Below the pieces are notes generated by a model. That model did not search any database. It saw only the letters and a list, made by a program, of their open reading frames with translations, and had not been told where the DNA came from. The position numbers and the translations under genes were made by a program. 17,524 bases of DNA, taken from contig JAHQXB010000076.1 of the NCBI GenBank assembly GCA_029856435.1, positions 1-17,524 on the forward strand, read 5' to 3'. This DNA is from Candidatus Jordarchaeia archaeon (GTDB lineage Archaea; Asgardarchaeota; Jordiarchaeia; Jordiarchaeales; Jordiarchaeaceae). This document shows, in pieces, positions 5,742 to 14,417 of the stretch; the first letter of the stretch is position 1; each line of letters opens with the position of its first letter.

Positions 5742-7916
5742 TTATACCTCCATGTGGAAGATTCTATGTTCATCTAGTGTCACACTGTAACCTGGTGGAA
5801 CTAGCAGAGTTGTTGCCGGAGCTTCAATGACTGCGGGTCCGTCCACCACGTTTCCAGATTGGAGTAGCTCCATTTCCCAGATTGAAGCTTCATGCCAGCC
5901 GGTTCCCCAGAATATTTCTCTGTACCCTTTGGAAGCCTTCTCCTCGGGCTCCTTTCCGCTTAACTCGTAAGTTGGAAGTTCGGGTTTAGGTACTGGTACC
6001 ACTCCAGTGGCTACCGCTTTGGTTATGTGGTATCCCAGCTCGGGGCTTTTGGTGCCTCTCAAGAAAATTTCCTCAAATAGTTCATCGTATCTTCTAGCAA
6101 TTTCCCACACGTCGTCGGGCTGCAGGTTATCCGAGGGCGATTTCACTTCTAAGTCGTCCAACATTCCCAAATACTGCAACCTAACTGATGGCCTGAACTC
6201 CATTTCGCTAGGGTCTCTTCCCTCCCTCTTAACTTCCTCAACTATATTTTGTTTAAGTTCTGCCCAGGTGGCGTTAAGCATCATGGCTACTATGGGATTC
6301 ATGGCTCCGTTAGGAGTTATTATGAGATCTGCTGTTTTCTCGTGTCGGTATGAGTGGTCGGCACAAGCACATCCAAAGGCTGAAAAGGCTGGGGCCCACT
6401 CCGGTATCAGTATGTCTTGGAATTTCATATCCCTGGAATATCCCGCCACATGCAGAGGTCCTCCCCCGCCGAATGATATTAACGCGTAGTTTTCGGGTCT
6501 GAATCCTAAGCCTTCTATCATACCGTTGAGGTGGTTCTTCATGCTTATCTCTATTAGATCTAATGCTCCCCTGGCAGTGCTGTAGGGATCGGTTTTCATG
6601 GGTTCCGCTAACTGTTCCTCTATGGCCTTAAGTGCGCGCTCCTTATTTAGTGGGACTCTTCCTCCGAGGAAATATTTTGGGTTGAGGTACCCCAGAATCA
6701 AGCTGCAATCAGTCATGGTTACCGTTGTTACCCCTGATTCTTCGTTGCATACGCCTATGCGGTAGCCTGCGCTTTCTGGTCCAAACTCTAGGTTTTCGGT
6801 GATCTTGTTGTATCTAACGTACATCCCGGTTCCTGCGCCTATAGAGTCTAGGGCGAGTGTGGGTATGTTAAGTATATATCTCCCAATAGAGCTTTCCCAT
6901 TTGGTTGGGACATATTTCTCCATCATTAAGGCCACGTCAAAGCTTGTTCCTCCAACATCTGATGATACTAGGTTCTTTATTCCGTATTTTTCTGCTATGA
7001 ACTTGCTGCCTATGACTCCTCCTATGGGGCCAGACATGAGAATGGTTATCAACTGCTTGTGCTTTGGAGAAATTGTTCCGCCATAGGAGGTCAATATCCT
7101 TAGGGGCGCGCGTACTCCCTTCTTCTGAAAGGCTTCTGATAGTTTAATCAACTGTTGCCTTGAAGGTTCAGCCGCATACTGCTCAATTATTAGAGCGTTT
7201 AGCCTTGGAGTTTCACCTCTAACTGGGTTGTGTTCACAGGACAAAACTACGGGGACTTTTTTGCCCTTCTTTGCCATAACCTCTTCTGCGATCTCTCTCA
7301 CCCGCCTCTCATGCATGGGGTTCATGTAGGAGCAGAGAAGACAAACACAAATACTATCAACACCCATATCAAGAAGTTCTTCCACAGCTTTCCTCACATC
7401 GTTTTCGTAGAGCGGAATCAACTGTTCTCCCCAGAAATTGATTCTTCCCCGAACACCCTTAATCTGTTTTCTTGGGATGAGGGGTTTGGGGTGTTCATGT
7501 TCCCTAGCGTGGAGACGTCCCGCGTAGGGAAGCCAAATCCAGCACTGTAGGGCTCTTCCCAGCCTGTGGAGGTCTTCAAACCCCGCATTAACTATGACTC
7601 CTATGTTACTGTTGCCTTTTCTCTCCAACAATCTGTTTGTCATTAGAGTGCCGGAGTAAACTAGAGCTTCTACGGAGCCCGCCACTTCCTCTACTTTAGC
7701 GTTCCAATGGCTTAGGGCGTCGGCTATGGAGTTTAGGATTCCCACTGATTCCTCTTGGGGGGTGGTCAAAGCTTTTCCCACTGCGAATCTTCCCTTTTCA
7801 TCGATGATGAATGTGTCTGACATGGTTCCACCAGTATCCAAGGCGATGGCCTTCACAGAGAATTTTTTTCCTGACTTGGATTTAGACAAGTTTTTCCTCT
7901 CCAAACTCCCATTCAT
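5742..7916 (-). CDS. acxA: Acetone carboxylase-like beta subunit (hydantoinase A family, ATP-binding)
   Basis: DTGGTMSDTF, LVYSGTLMTN, SGPIGG, DVGGTSFD, SIGAGTG, GPESAG, FGGGGPLH and GPAVIEAPATT motifs; 724 aa; 2-nt gap to acxB. Confidence 0.93.
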   Translation of the reverse strand: MNGSLERKNLSKSKSGKKFSVKAIALDTGGTMSDTFIIDEKGRFAVGKALTTPQEESVGILNSIADALSHWNAKVEEVAGSVEALVYSGTLMTNRLLERKGNSNIGVIVNAGFEDLHRLGRALQCWIWLPYAGRLHAREHEHPKPLIPRKQIKGVRGRINFWGEQLIPLYENDVRKAVEELLDMGVDSICVCLLCSYMNPMHERRVREIAEEVMAKKGKKVPVVLSCEHNPVRGETPRLNALIIEQYAAEPSRQQLIKLSEAFQKKGVRAPLRILTSYGGTISPKHKQLITILMSGPIGGVIGSKFIAEKYGIKNLVSSDVGGTSFDVALMMEKYVPTKWESSIGRYILNIPTLALDSIGAGTGMYVRYNKITENLEFGPESAGYRIGVCNEESGVTTVTMTDCSLILGYLNPKYFLGGRVPLNKERALKAIEEQLAEPMKTDPYSTARGALDLIEISMKNHLNGMIEGLGFRPENYALISFGGGGPLHVAGYSRDMKFQDILIPEWAPAFSAFGCACADHSYRHEKTADLIITPNGAMNPIVAMMLNATWAELKQNIVEEVKREGRDPSEMEFRPSVRLQYLGMLDDLEVKSPSDNLQPDDVWEIARRYDELFEEIFLRGTKSPELGYHITKAVATGVVPVPKPELPTYELSGKEPEEKASKGYREIFWGTGWHEASIWEMELLQSGNVVDGPAVIEAPATTLLVPPGYSVTLDEHRIFHMEV

Positions 7917-7953
7917 AACATAATTTTAATTCAAAAATATGGTGAAATCACCC

Positions 7954-7965
7954 TTATAACCTTTT
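7954..7965 (-). promoter_or_regulatory. Putative BRE/TATA of the acx operon
   Basis: Minus strand AAAAGG-TTATAA about 40 nt upstream of ATG 7916, consistent with a short-leader archaeal transcript. Confidence 0.5.
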
Positions 7966-8393
7966 AGTCGAAAAATTTTAGTTCTGGAAAAAAAGCTGAA
8001 AATTAGCGCCCTTAACCCCTAGATTACCTATTTCCTGAAGGCTTCCCCTCATTTACTCCATGGTGTAAGCAATTTGTTCAAAGGCTTGGTTCAGGAGCAA
8101 AACAGGTTTTGTCTAGAACACCAACCTTGAAGCAAAAAAGGCAGTTTTCACCAGAGTGGCGCGTATGTTCCATTCAACTACTCTTGGGGTTACTTTAATT
8201 CCTTTTCCTGATCCTACTAACAATTGGAGGAATTAGATTGTGCTTCTACACGGGCATACAATTGTTGCAATGTGCTGGTTCAAAAAAATTATATCTCCGT
8301 CAATTCGTATCGATTATGCTGATGTGGAAATTTGTGCTCTCCAATAAATGGTTTTGCTAATTAGGTAGAACTAATCTGTTAGGATGTGTTGAA

Positions 8394-9353
8394 ATGGTAG
8401 CTGGGTCTCACCGTATTGATATCCACCACCATATTGTTCCCCGTGAATATGTTAAATCTCTAAACAGCTTGGGAATCACCAAAACATCGGGTGTGACTTT
8501 TCCCCAATGGTCTGAGTCCGAGATGCTTGAAGTGATGAACCGTAATGGCATAAGAACCGCGATTACTTCGATCTCCTCACCTGGCGTCTTTTTTGGTGAT
8601 TCTGCCTTTGCCCGCGACCTAGCGCGAAAGTGTAATGAGATATCTGCCAAGCTTCTGACTGGTAATCCCCAGCGTTGTGGAGCCTTCGCAACCCTGCCTT
8701 TACCAGATGTAGACGGTGCCCTGAACGAAATAGATTATGCTTTGGGCACTTTGGGACTGGACGGTGTTGTACTTATGACCAACTTTGGCGGCCATTATCT
8801 GGGTGACCCACTGTTTGAGCCAGTTTTTGAGGAACTCAACCGCAGAAAAGCAGTTGTCTTTGTTCACCCCACGGATCCCGCCGGCGGTAACCCAATTGGT
8901 CCCAATATTCCAAACTCTCTGTATGAGTATACTTTTGACACTACACGCACAATAACGAATCTAATTTATGGCGGAACACTGGAACGCAATCCCCACGTGA
9001 AGTTTATTTTTGCCCATGCGGGAGGAACCATCCCCTTCCTTGCCTGGCGAATTTCCTTGGGCCTATTTATGATTCCCAACGCTGCGAAAAACGCTCCAAA
9101 GGGATTCATAAACTATCTACAAAAAATATATTATGACACTGCACTCTCAACCACTCCTTACTCCCTGCGTTCCCTCCAAGAATTAGTGAATCCCTCCCAA
9201 ATTCTATTTGGAAGCGATTACCCCTTCGCGCCTGAAAACCTCACATCAGAGCAGATCAAGCAACTCACCAGCTACGACGGTTTTGACGCTGAGGCGCGGG
9301 CTCAAATAGACCGAGGGAATGCACTCAGACTTTTTCCCAGACTGCAGATATAA
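8394..9353 (+). CDS. Amidohydrolase-2 family metal-dependent decarboxylase (ACMSD/6-methylsalicylate/gamma-resorcylate decarboxylase-like)
   Basis: IDIHHH (HxH), FVHP, FAHAGG, YYDTA and LFGSDYPF motifs; 319 aa. Confidence 0.9.
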   Translation: MVAGSHRIDIHHHIVPREYVKSLNSLGITKTSGVTFPQWSESEMLEVMNRNGIRTAITSISSPGVFFGDSAFARDLARKCNEISAKLLTGNPQRCGAFATLPLPDVDGALNEIDYALGTLGLDGVVLMTNFGGHYLGDPLFEPVFEELNRRKAVVFVHPTDPAGGNPIGPNIPNSLYEYTFDTTRTITNLIYGGTLERNPHVKFIFAHAGGTIPFLAWRISLGLFMIPNAAKNAPKGFINYLQKIYYDTALSTTPYSLRSLQELVNPSQILFGSDYPFAPENLTSEQIKQLTSYDGFDAEARAQIDRGNALRLFPRLQI

Positions 9354-9438
9354 ATCTTCACCATTAATTTGTCAACAATATCCTCTAATGAATTTTTAGC
9401 CTTAAATAATCTGTTGCAGAACTTTAAGCTGTTGGCGA

Positions 9439-9472
9439 GAAAACCCCCCGACTCTAGTCGCGGGAAGCATCA
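9439..9472 (+). mobile_element. Isolated IS200/IS605-like right-end remnant
   Basis: GAAAA-CCCCCGAC-TCTA-GTCGCGGG-AAGCA-TCAA is an imperfect palindrome followed by TCAA, resembling ends of the type GAATC..CGACTTTAGTCG..TCAA. No transposase is adjacent. Confidence 0.45.
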
Positions 9473-9762
9473 ATATCCAATAATTTAAATTACCCTTTTT
9501 GGAAATTTTTTGAAAATTACATTTTAGAGTTGTAAAAAATTCACCGAGCACAAAGAGAAAAGTAAAATTGCACAACGGAGAAATTAGGCACTATTAGCCT
9601 AGCGTCACCTTTTGTGGGAGAAATCCAACGCATAAAAAAACCTATTTGAGCCTAAAACCGATGCTTGGCGATGGAAAATGTCAAATTTTAAGCTAGAAAA
9701 GAGTTCAAAACAGCACCACCCCCCGCAACAGGAGACGCTGAAGAAACTGTACCAGAAATTAA

Positions 9763-9779
9763 AAAGAAATCTTTATATA
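9763..9779 (+). promoter_or_regulatory. BRE/TATA of the MFS gene
   Basis: AAAGAAATC-TTTATATA, about 50 nt upstream of ATG 9830. Confidence 0.6.
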
Positions 9780-9829
9780 AAAAGTGATATCAAATTAGTC
9801 TCTCAAAACTTTTCGTGGATGAATGTGAA

Positions 9830-11275
9830 ATGGCTTCCGTCAAGTACCAAGTTTATAGGTACCGCTGGGTTGCAATTCTCGCCTACTGCTTGGTGTGGTT
9901 TATAGCTCAGCCTATTTGGCTCGCCTTCGCACCCATATCCTCAACTGTAAGACAGGCGTTCTTCCTCACCGGTGTCAGTGAGACGGCGATAACGCTTCTA
10001 GTTATAATTTCCCTCATCGCTGAGATAATCGTAAGCATTCCCATAGGGGTTTTGGTGGACAAGAGAGGATGGGTTTTCTGCACCGGAGCCGGAGCTATTC
10101 TAACTACCTTTGTGGGCATAGTCAGAGTTTTCTCACCTGATATCAACTGGCTTTTACTCTTCCAGTTCCTTCAGGGAGTGGCGATGGCTTTCATCTTTGT
10201 CAGTCTCACCAAAGCGGCCGTGAACTGGTTCCCCTCAGGCGAGAGGGCGCTGGCTCAAGGTCTGGGTATGTTCGCCAACAATCTGGGAATGGTTGTGGGT
10301 CTAATAGTCACACCCTTGCTCATATCTATGTTTGGTGAGTATGCTCCACGAACGAGTCTTCAAAATGCGCTCCTAGTCTATGGCTTCGTTGCAGCGATAA
10401 TAACCGTGGTATTCTTTGTGATAGCTCGTGAAGCACCTGAACTGCCTCCGGAGCCCTGGGAAGAAACGAAACCTGTTCCTCTAAGGGAAGGTCTTTCAAG
10501 GATAGCTGGTTCTAGAGACTACTGGTTGCTCGCATCTGCTTTCTTTTTAGGTTTTGGAGTCTACATTTTCCTAACCGACTTCATTGAGCGGATAGCTTGG
10601 TCAAATGCCCCCCTAATTCAGAAGCTGATTGAGCTTTACATCACAATGTATGCGCCACAGTACTCCTTCATTTTCATCCGCTTAGAACAAACGACTGGTG
10701 GTCTCGTCTCGGGTGTAATCACCCTCACCGGAAGCGTTGGTATGCTTTTAATTCCGTGGTTTTCTGACAGAGTTCAGCGGAGGAAACCTTTCCTTCTGGC
10801 GCTGCCAATCGTCTGTATACCCATGGTTTATCTTTTGGGAACCCAATCTGGCAACGTCCTCCTCATCTCAGCTGCAATTTTCGGCTTCTTCCTACTTGCA
10901 CTCGCTCCTGTCCTATTCGAAACAATGGTTGAACTAAAAGCGGTGGGACCTATGCTTGCAGGTTTGGGTCTAGGCATAATGCTCACCATTGGACACCTTG
11001 GAAGCGCTGTGCTTCCACTTGTAGGAGGCGTTTTCCAGGAGGCTTCTTTTTCCTACATCATAGCTGAGTTGTTCTACAATCATGTCATCCTTGCAAGTTA
11101 CATGTCAAGTGTGTTCGCGAATCCCGTTTATTACTATCTCATCGCTCCACCGCCACTGATTCAGATGCCTGGAACCTTCTTTGGGGCTGCCGTGTTCTTC
11201 ACAATCCTCATGGCAATAATACCTATCTTGGCAGCGTTCGTAAGGGAAACCGGAAAAGCAGTAAGGGAGAAATAA
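9830..11275 (+). CDS. Major facilitator superfamily transporter
   Basis: YQVYRYRWV N-terminus, motif A GVLVDKRGW, second-half SDRVQRRK, and about 12 hydrophobic segments. ATG 9830 is preferred to GTG 9815. Confidence 0.9.
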   Translation: MASVKYQVYRYRWVAILAYCLVWFIAQPIWLAFAPISSTVRQAFFLTGVSETAITLLVIISLIAEIIVSIPIGVLVDKRGWVFCTGAGAILTTFVGIVRVFSPDINWLLLFQFLQGVAMAFIFVSLTKAAVNWFPSGERALAQGLGMFANNLGMVVGLIVTPLLISMFGEYAPRTSLQNALLVYGFVAAIITVVFFVIAREAPELPPEPWEETKPVPLREGLSRIAGSRDYWLLASAFFLGFGVYIFLTDFIERIAWSNAPLIQKLIELYITMYAPQYSFIFIRLEQTTGGLVSGVITLTGSVGMLLIPWFSDRVQRRKPFLLALPIVCIPMVYLLGTQSGNVLLISAAIFGFFLLALAPVLFETMVELKAVGPMLAGLGLGIMLTIGHLGSAVLPLVGGVFQEASFSYIIAELFYNHVILASYMSSVFANPVYYYLIAPPPLIQMPGTFFGAAVFFTILMAIIPILAAFVRETGKAVREK

Positions 11276-11280
11276 TTCCC

Positions 11281-11288
11281 TTTTTTTT
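11281..11288 (+). terminator. Oligo-T terminator of the MFS gene
   Basis: T8 run starting 6 nt after the stop codon. Confidence 0.55.
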
Positions 11289-11513
11289 ATATTTGAGTTT
11301 CAATATCAACTTCTGCAGATCACTTTCCAAATAGGAGACAATAAATTTATTCGATTCACAAAAAAGTTAGGATTTCCTAGGCGGCTAATAGTTTTCACGT
11401 AAGCCAGTTAAAAGATTCACGTGTTGAGGAGAAAGGAGGGGTATTTACAGACTCGGTAGATTAAATTAGTGTGTATGGAAGTTAATAAGATCTGCTTAGA
11501 GATGCCTACCTTA

Positions 11514-11639
11514 GGAGTCGGCTGCGTGGAGTCAGGCTGGGGTACAATCCCGTTGGAAAAAATACTTGTCTTCTGGGAAATAATCCTTGGGAGATTAGTG
11601 ATCCGTCACAAGAAAGCCCAGAGAGAGGGCGGCTCCAAC
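11514..11639 (+). ncRNA. Candidate structured RNA of unknown family
   Basis: Outer stem GGAGUCG/CGGCUCC; GGG-UACAAU-CCC; CUUGU/ACAAG enclosing a G-U-rich hairpin (11569-11594) and GUGA-UCCG-UCAC; GCCC/GGGC. Locally GC-richer island within an AT-rich convergent intergenic region. Confidence 0.4.
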
Positions 11640-11949
11640 TAAAACGCTAAGAAAAATAATACGCTATACACTCTGCGGAGAATATCCAAACCAAACAAGA
11701 GGAAAATACACATCCGAAATCCATTCTCCCGCACACTTGCTGTATTTAGAGATTATTAACAGCTTACTATAAACCATCCGAAAAATGTTTGTTCCCATCT
11801 TTTGATTCTTTTTTCCATGTTTTCTTTTTCTTTGTAAGGTATCATGTTTCGGCTTATAAGACTGTTTAACTGAAAGGCTCTGGTGTAGAAGTTGGAGGGA
11901 ATTAGATAAAGACAATTAGAATCGATAATGGGGGAGTATGGAAAGTTTG

Positions 11950-13200
11950 TTACTTCACTAGTTTTTCTAGCTCCGTTATTTTTGGCTCTATTTCCGGGGG
12001 TTCCTCAACGAGTTTCATAGCGGCTTCGATGTCCTTTAATCCTGCACCTGTTAGTACACAAACAGCTATGTCTTTTCCGTCAATTTTTCCCTGCTCTCTA
12101 AGTTTTTTGAAGCCAGCTGCGGCTGCCGCTGAGGATGGTTCACAGAATATTCCCTCTGTTTTTGCCAGCATTTTTTCTGCTTCCAAAATCTCCTTGTCAG
12201 AAACTGCCACACCTATTCCCTTAGACTCTCTGAGAGCCATGAGGGGCCATGGTCCAGGGCAGACGCCGGCGCGTATTCCTTCAGCAATTGTTTTTGCGTC
12301 CTCCATAGGTGCTTCTGTATAGTCTTTTCCTTGGTTGAAGGTGTTTACTATTGTTGCAGCTCCTTCTGCTTGGACGCCCACCATTCTTGGGAGTGTGTCT
12401 ATGAGTCCAAGTTCTTGGAATTCTTTGAATCCCTTCCATATTCCCCCAATGTTGTCTCCTCCACCCATTGGTACAAAAACCCAGTCTGGAGCATTCCAGC
12501 CTAGCTGTTCACATATTTCGTAGGCTATGGTTTTTGATCCCTCTCCTTGATAGGGGCTGAGGGCTTTTGCTGTGGTTAACTGGTACCAGCCCCACTTCCA
12601 GCTTGCCTCCACAGCCAGAACTGCGGCGTTTACCACTGTTCCTTTAATCTTAACTGTTTTTGCTCCGTTCACAATGATGTTTGTGATTTTTGATAGTGAG
12701 GCTTCGCTTGGTATGAAAATGTAGCATTTTAGTCCGGCTTTGGCGCAGTAGGCTGAGGCTGCCGTGGCTGCGTTTCCAGAGGAAGCCATAACAATGGTGT
12801 TCACACCATACTCTACGGCCTTGGAAATATTCACCGTAAAAACTCTGTCCTTGAAGCTCAAAGTGGGGTTAACAAATTCATTCTTCATGTACAGACTTTT
12901 CGACTTTGTTTCCCTAGCGTATCCGTCGCATTTAACTAAGGGGGTTCCCCCCTCACCGAGGGAAACTATTTTTGAATCATCGAGTATGGGTAGAAGCTCA
13001 AAATACTTCCATACCGATGGATGGCGGGACTCAAGCACACTCTTATCTATTTTCTCTTTTGCTTCTTCCAAATTGTAGACTACATCCACAGTCCCATGAA
13101 ACAGGCCCTTGCTTCCGCAACTTCCACAATTATAAATTATTTCGTCAAGAGGATATTCCTTACCGCACTCCAAACATTTCAGCGTCTCAGCAAAACTCAA
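11950..13200 (-). CDS. thrC: Threonine synthase-like PLP enzyme (fold type II) with N-terminal Zn ribbon; substrate uncertain
   Basis: CLECG..CGSC ribbon, SLGEGGTPL, NPTLSFKDR (PLP Lys), ASSGN, EGSKTIAYEI, PRMVGVQAEG, EGIFCEPSSAA and LTGAGLKD. GGAGTGG RBS. Confidence 0.85.
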   Translation of the reverse strand: MSFAETLKCLECGKEYPLDEIIYNCGSCGSKGLFHGTVDVVYNLEEAKEKIDKSVLESRHPSVWKYFELLPILDDSKIVSLGEGGTPLVKCDGYARETKSKSLYMKNEFVNPTLSFKDRVFTVNISKAVEYGVNTIVMASSGNAATAASAYCAKAGLKCYIFIPSEASLSKITNIIVNGAKTVKIKGTVVNAAVLAVEASWKWGWYQLTTAKALSPYQGEGSKTIAYEICEQLGWNAPDWVFVPMGGGDNIGGIWKGFKEFQELGLIDTLPRMVGVQAEGAATIVNTFNQGKDYTEAPMEDAKTIAEGIRAGVCPGPWPLMALRESKGIGVAVSDKEILEAEKMLAKTEGIFCEPSSAAAAAGFKKLREQGKIDGKDIAVCVLTGAGLKDIEAAMKLVEEPPEIEPKITELEKLVK

Positions 13201-13595
13201 TTCATATCCACTCCAAAATATAAATTACTGAAATTTTTTCTCTATTCTCGGATAAAAAACTTTCTAATCTATTTTAAGGGATCTTATTGTAAGTATGTAG
13301 TTTGTTGGCATGAATTGTGTGCGGGGTTAGCCGGTCTTACCCTTTTTTAGGCTTACTTGGAAGGAAGCCCTGTTAAGCCTCCTTTTTTTGAGAGGAACAA
13401 ACAATTATCCATAGAGAGAAGCCACACACTTAAAGACGAGGTCCCTTATTTTAATTATAGATGGGCCCAGAAACATAATCTGCCATTGTGCATGATGCGA
13501 ACTTGTTTTTTCAAAATTGTCTAGTGTGGGTTCGCATTTGAGGATGCGATTAATAAAATACCTAAAGCGAGGTAGAGTAAGAGTGAGACGGAATG

Positions 13596-14237
13596 TTAAA
13601 CTAATTCGTCTTTTTTTAATTTTTTTCCGCAAATTGGACATCCTCCTTTTACTTTGATATATTCCAGTAGATGGTCTCTGTGTGCTGGTCCGGAGCAGTA
13701 GGGGCATCTAATGATTTTACCTTTGCCCAAAGGAAGGTTGCACACTATACACCTTTCCAGCTTGAATCCGCAATGGGGACAGAAGTTTGCATCATGAGGT
13801 ATGGCTTTGCCGCAGCCTGGGCAGCCCATAGTTATTTCTTCTTCCGCGACTGGTATTTTAACTGGTTTCTTGGGGGTACTGGCTAAAATATGTGCCCCCG
13901 TGTTTTCTATGGCTCTTCTTACTTCCCTTTCTATTTTTTTCTGGTTGTCCAGAGCTATGACCAGAAAAATTAGGCCAATTAGCGTAGCAAAAATTATTAG
14001 AAGGATTATAGGTAAAATCTCTATTTCTGTGTTCACCCTACAATAAATATCATTTCCTCGCAGGTAGACTTGTAAACCTCCCTTTGTAAGGAAGCCTCCT
14101 CTGAAATCCCACGACGCCCTTCCCAGTCTAGCCACTCTCTTTAGACTAGAAAAGTTTATCTGCCGGTCGAAAAATTCTAGAAACGCATCGTACTTATCCG
14201 CTGAGTTGGGAACCACTACTTCAAATTCAGCCATCAA
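13596..14237 (-). CDS. Membrane-anchored zinc-ribbon plus RING-variant finger protein
   Basis: TM segment about aa 74-96; CPGC..CPHC ribbon (C139/142/153/156); C163-x2-C166-x11-C178-x2-C181-x4-H186-x2-H189-x3-Y-x6-C200-x2-C203. Confidence 0.8.
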   Translation of the reverse strand: MMAEFEVVVPNSADKYDAFLEFFDRQINFSSLKRVARLGRASWDFRGGFLTKGGLQVYLRGNDIYCRVNTEIEILPIILLIIFATLIGLIFLVIALDNQKKIEREVRRAIENTGAHILASTPKKPVKIPVAEEEITMGCPGCGKAIPHDANFCPHCGFKLERCIVCNLPLGKGKIIRCPYCSGPAHRDHLLEYIKVKGGCPICGKKLKKDELV

Positions 14238-14403
14238 ATCTCCACCTTCAACACCAAGTTACACTAAACCTACTATACCTGTATGCCTCCCTCAGGGTGC
14301 CTAATCAAAATAAACTATGTATTAAGCATTTTAAAAAGGATATGATAGGAACAATGATAAGGATTATTTTTGGGGCGAATTCAATTGAGGTGTTGGCTTT
14401 CTG

Positions 14404-14417
14404 AAAAGGTTTATATA
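14404..14417 (+). promoter_or_regulatory. BRE/TATA of ssb
   Basis: AAAAGG-TTTATATA consensus archaeal promoter, about 100 nt upstream of ATG 14519. Confidence 0.6.

Noticed and set aside
11514-11639. c-di-AMP or FMN riboswitch call based on GGGGUACAAUCC and AUCCGUCA
   Set aside because: The remaining conserved cores are missing and no gene lies downstream on that strand.
11664-11915. 83-aa minus-strand ORF
   Set aside because: Low-complexity Lys-rich translation of AT-rich intergenic DNA with no RBS or motif.
13320-13540. Short hairpins upstream of the thrC-like gene (AGGCTTA/TAAGCCT; ATGCGAAC/GTTCGCAT) and ORF 13405-13707
   Set aside because: Stems are short and isolated and match no riboswitch or leader I know. 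The ORF overlaps the RING gene out of frame.
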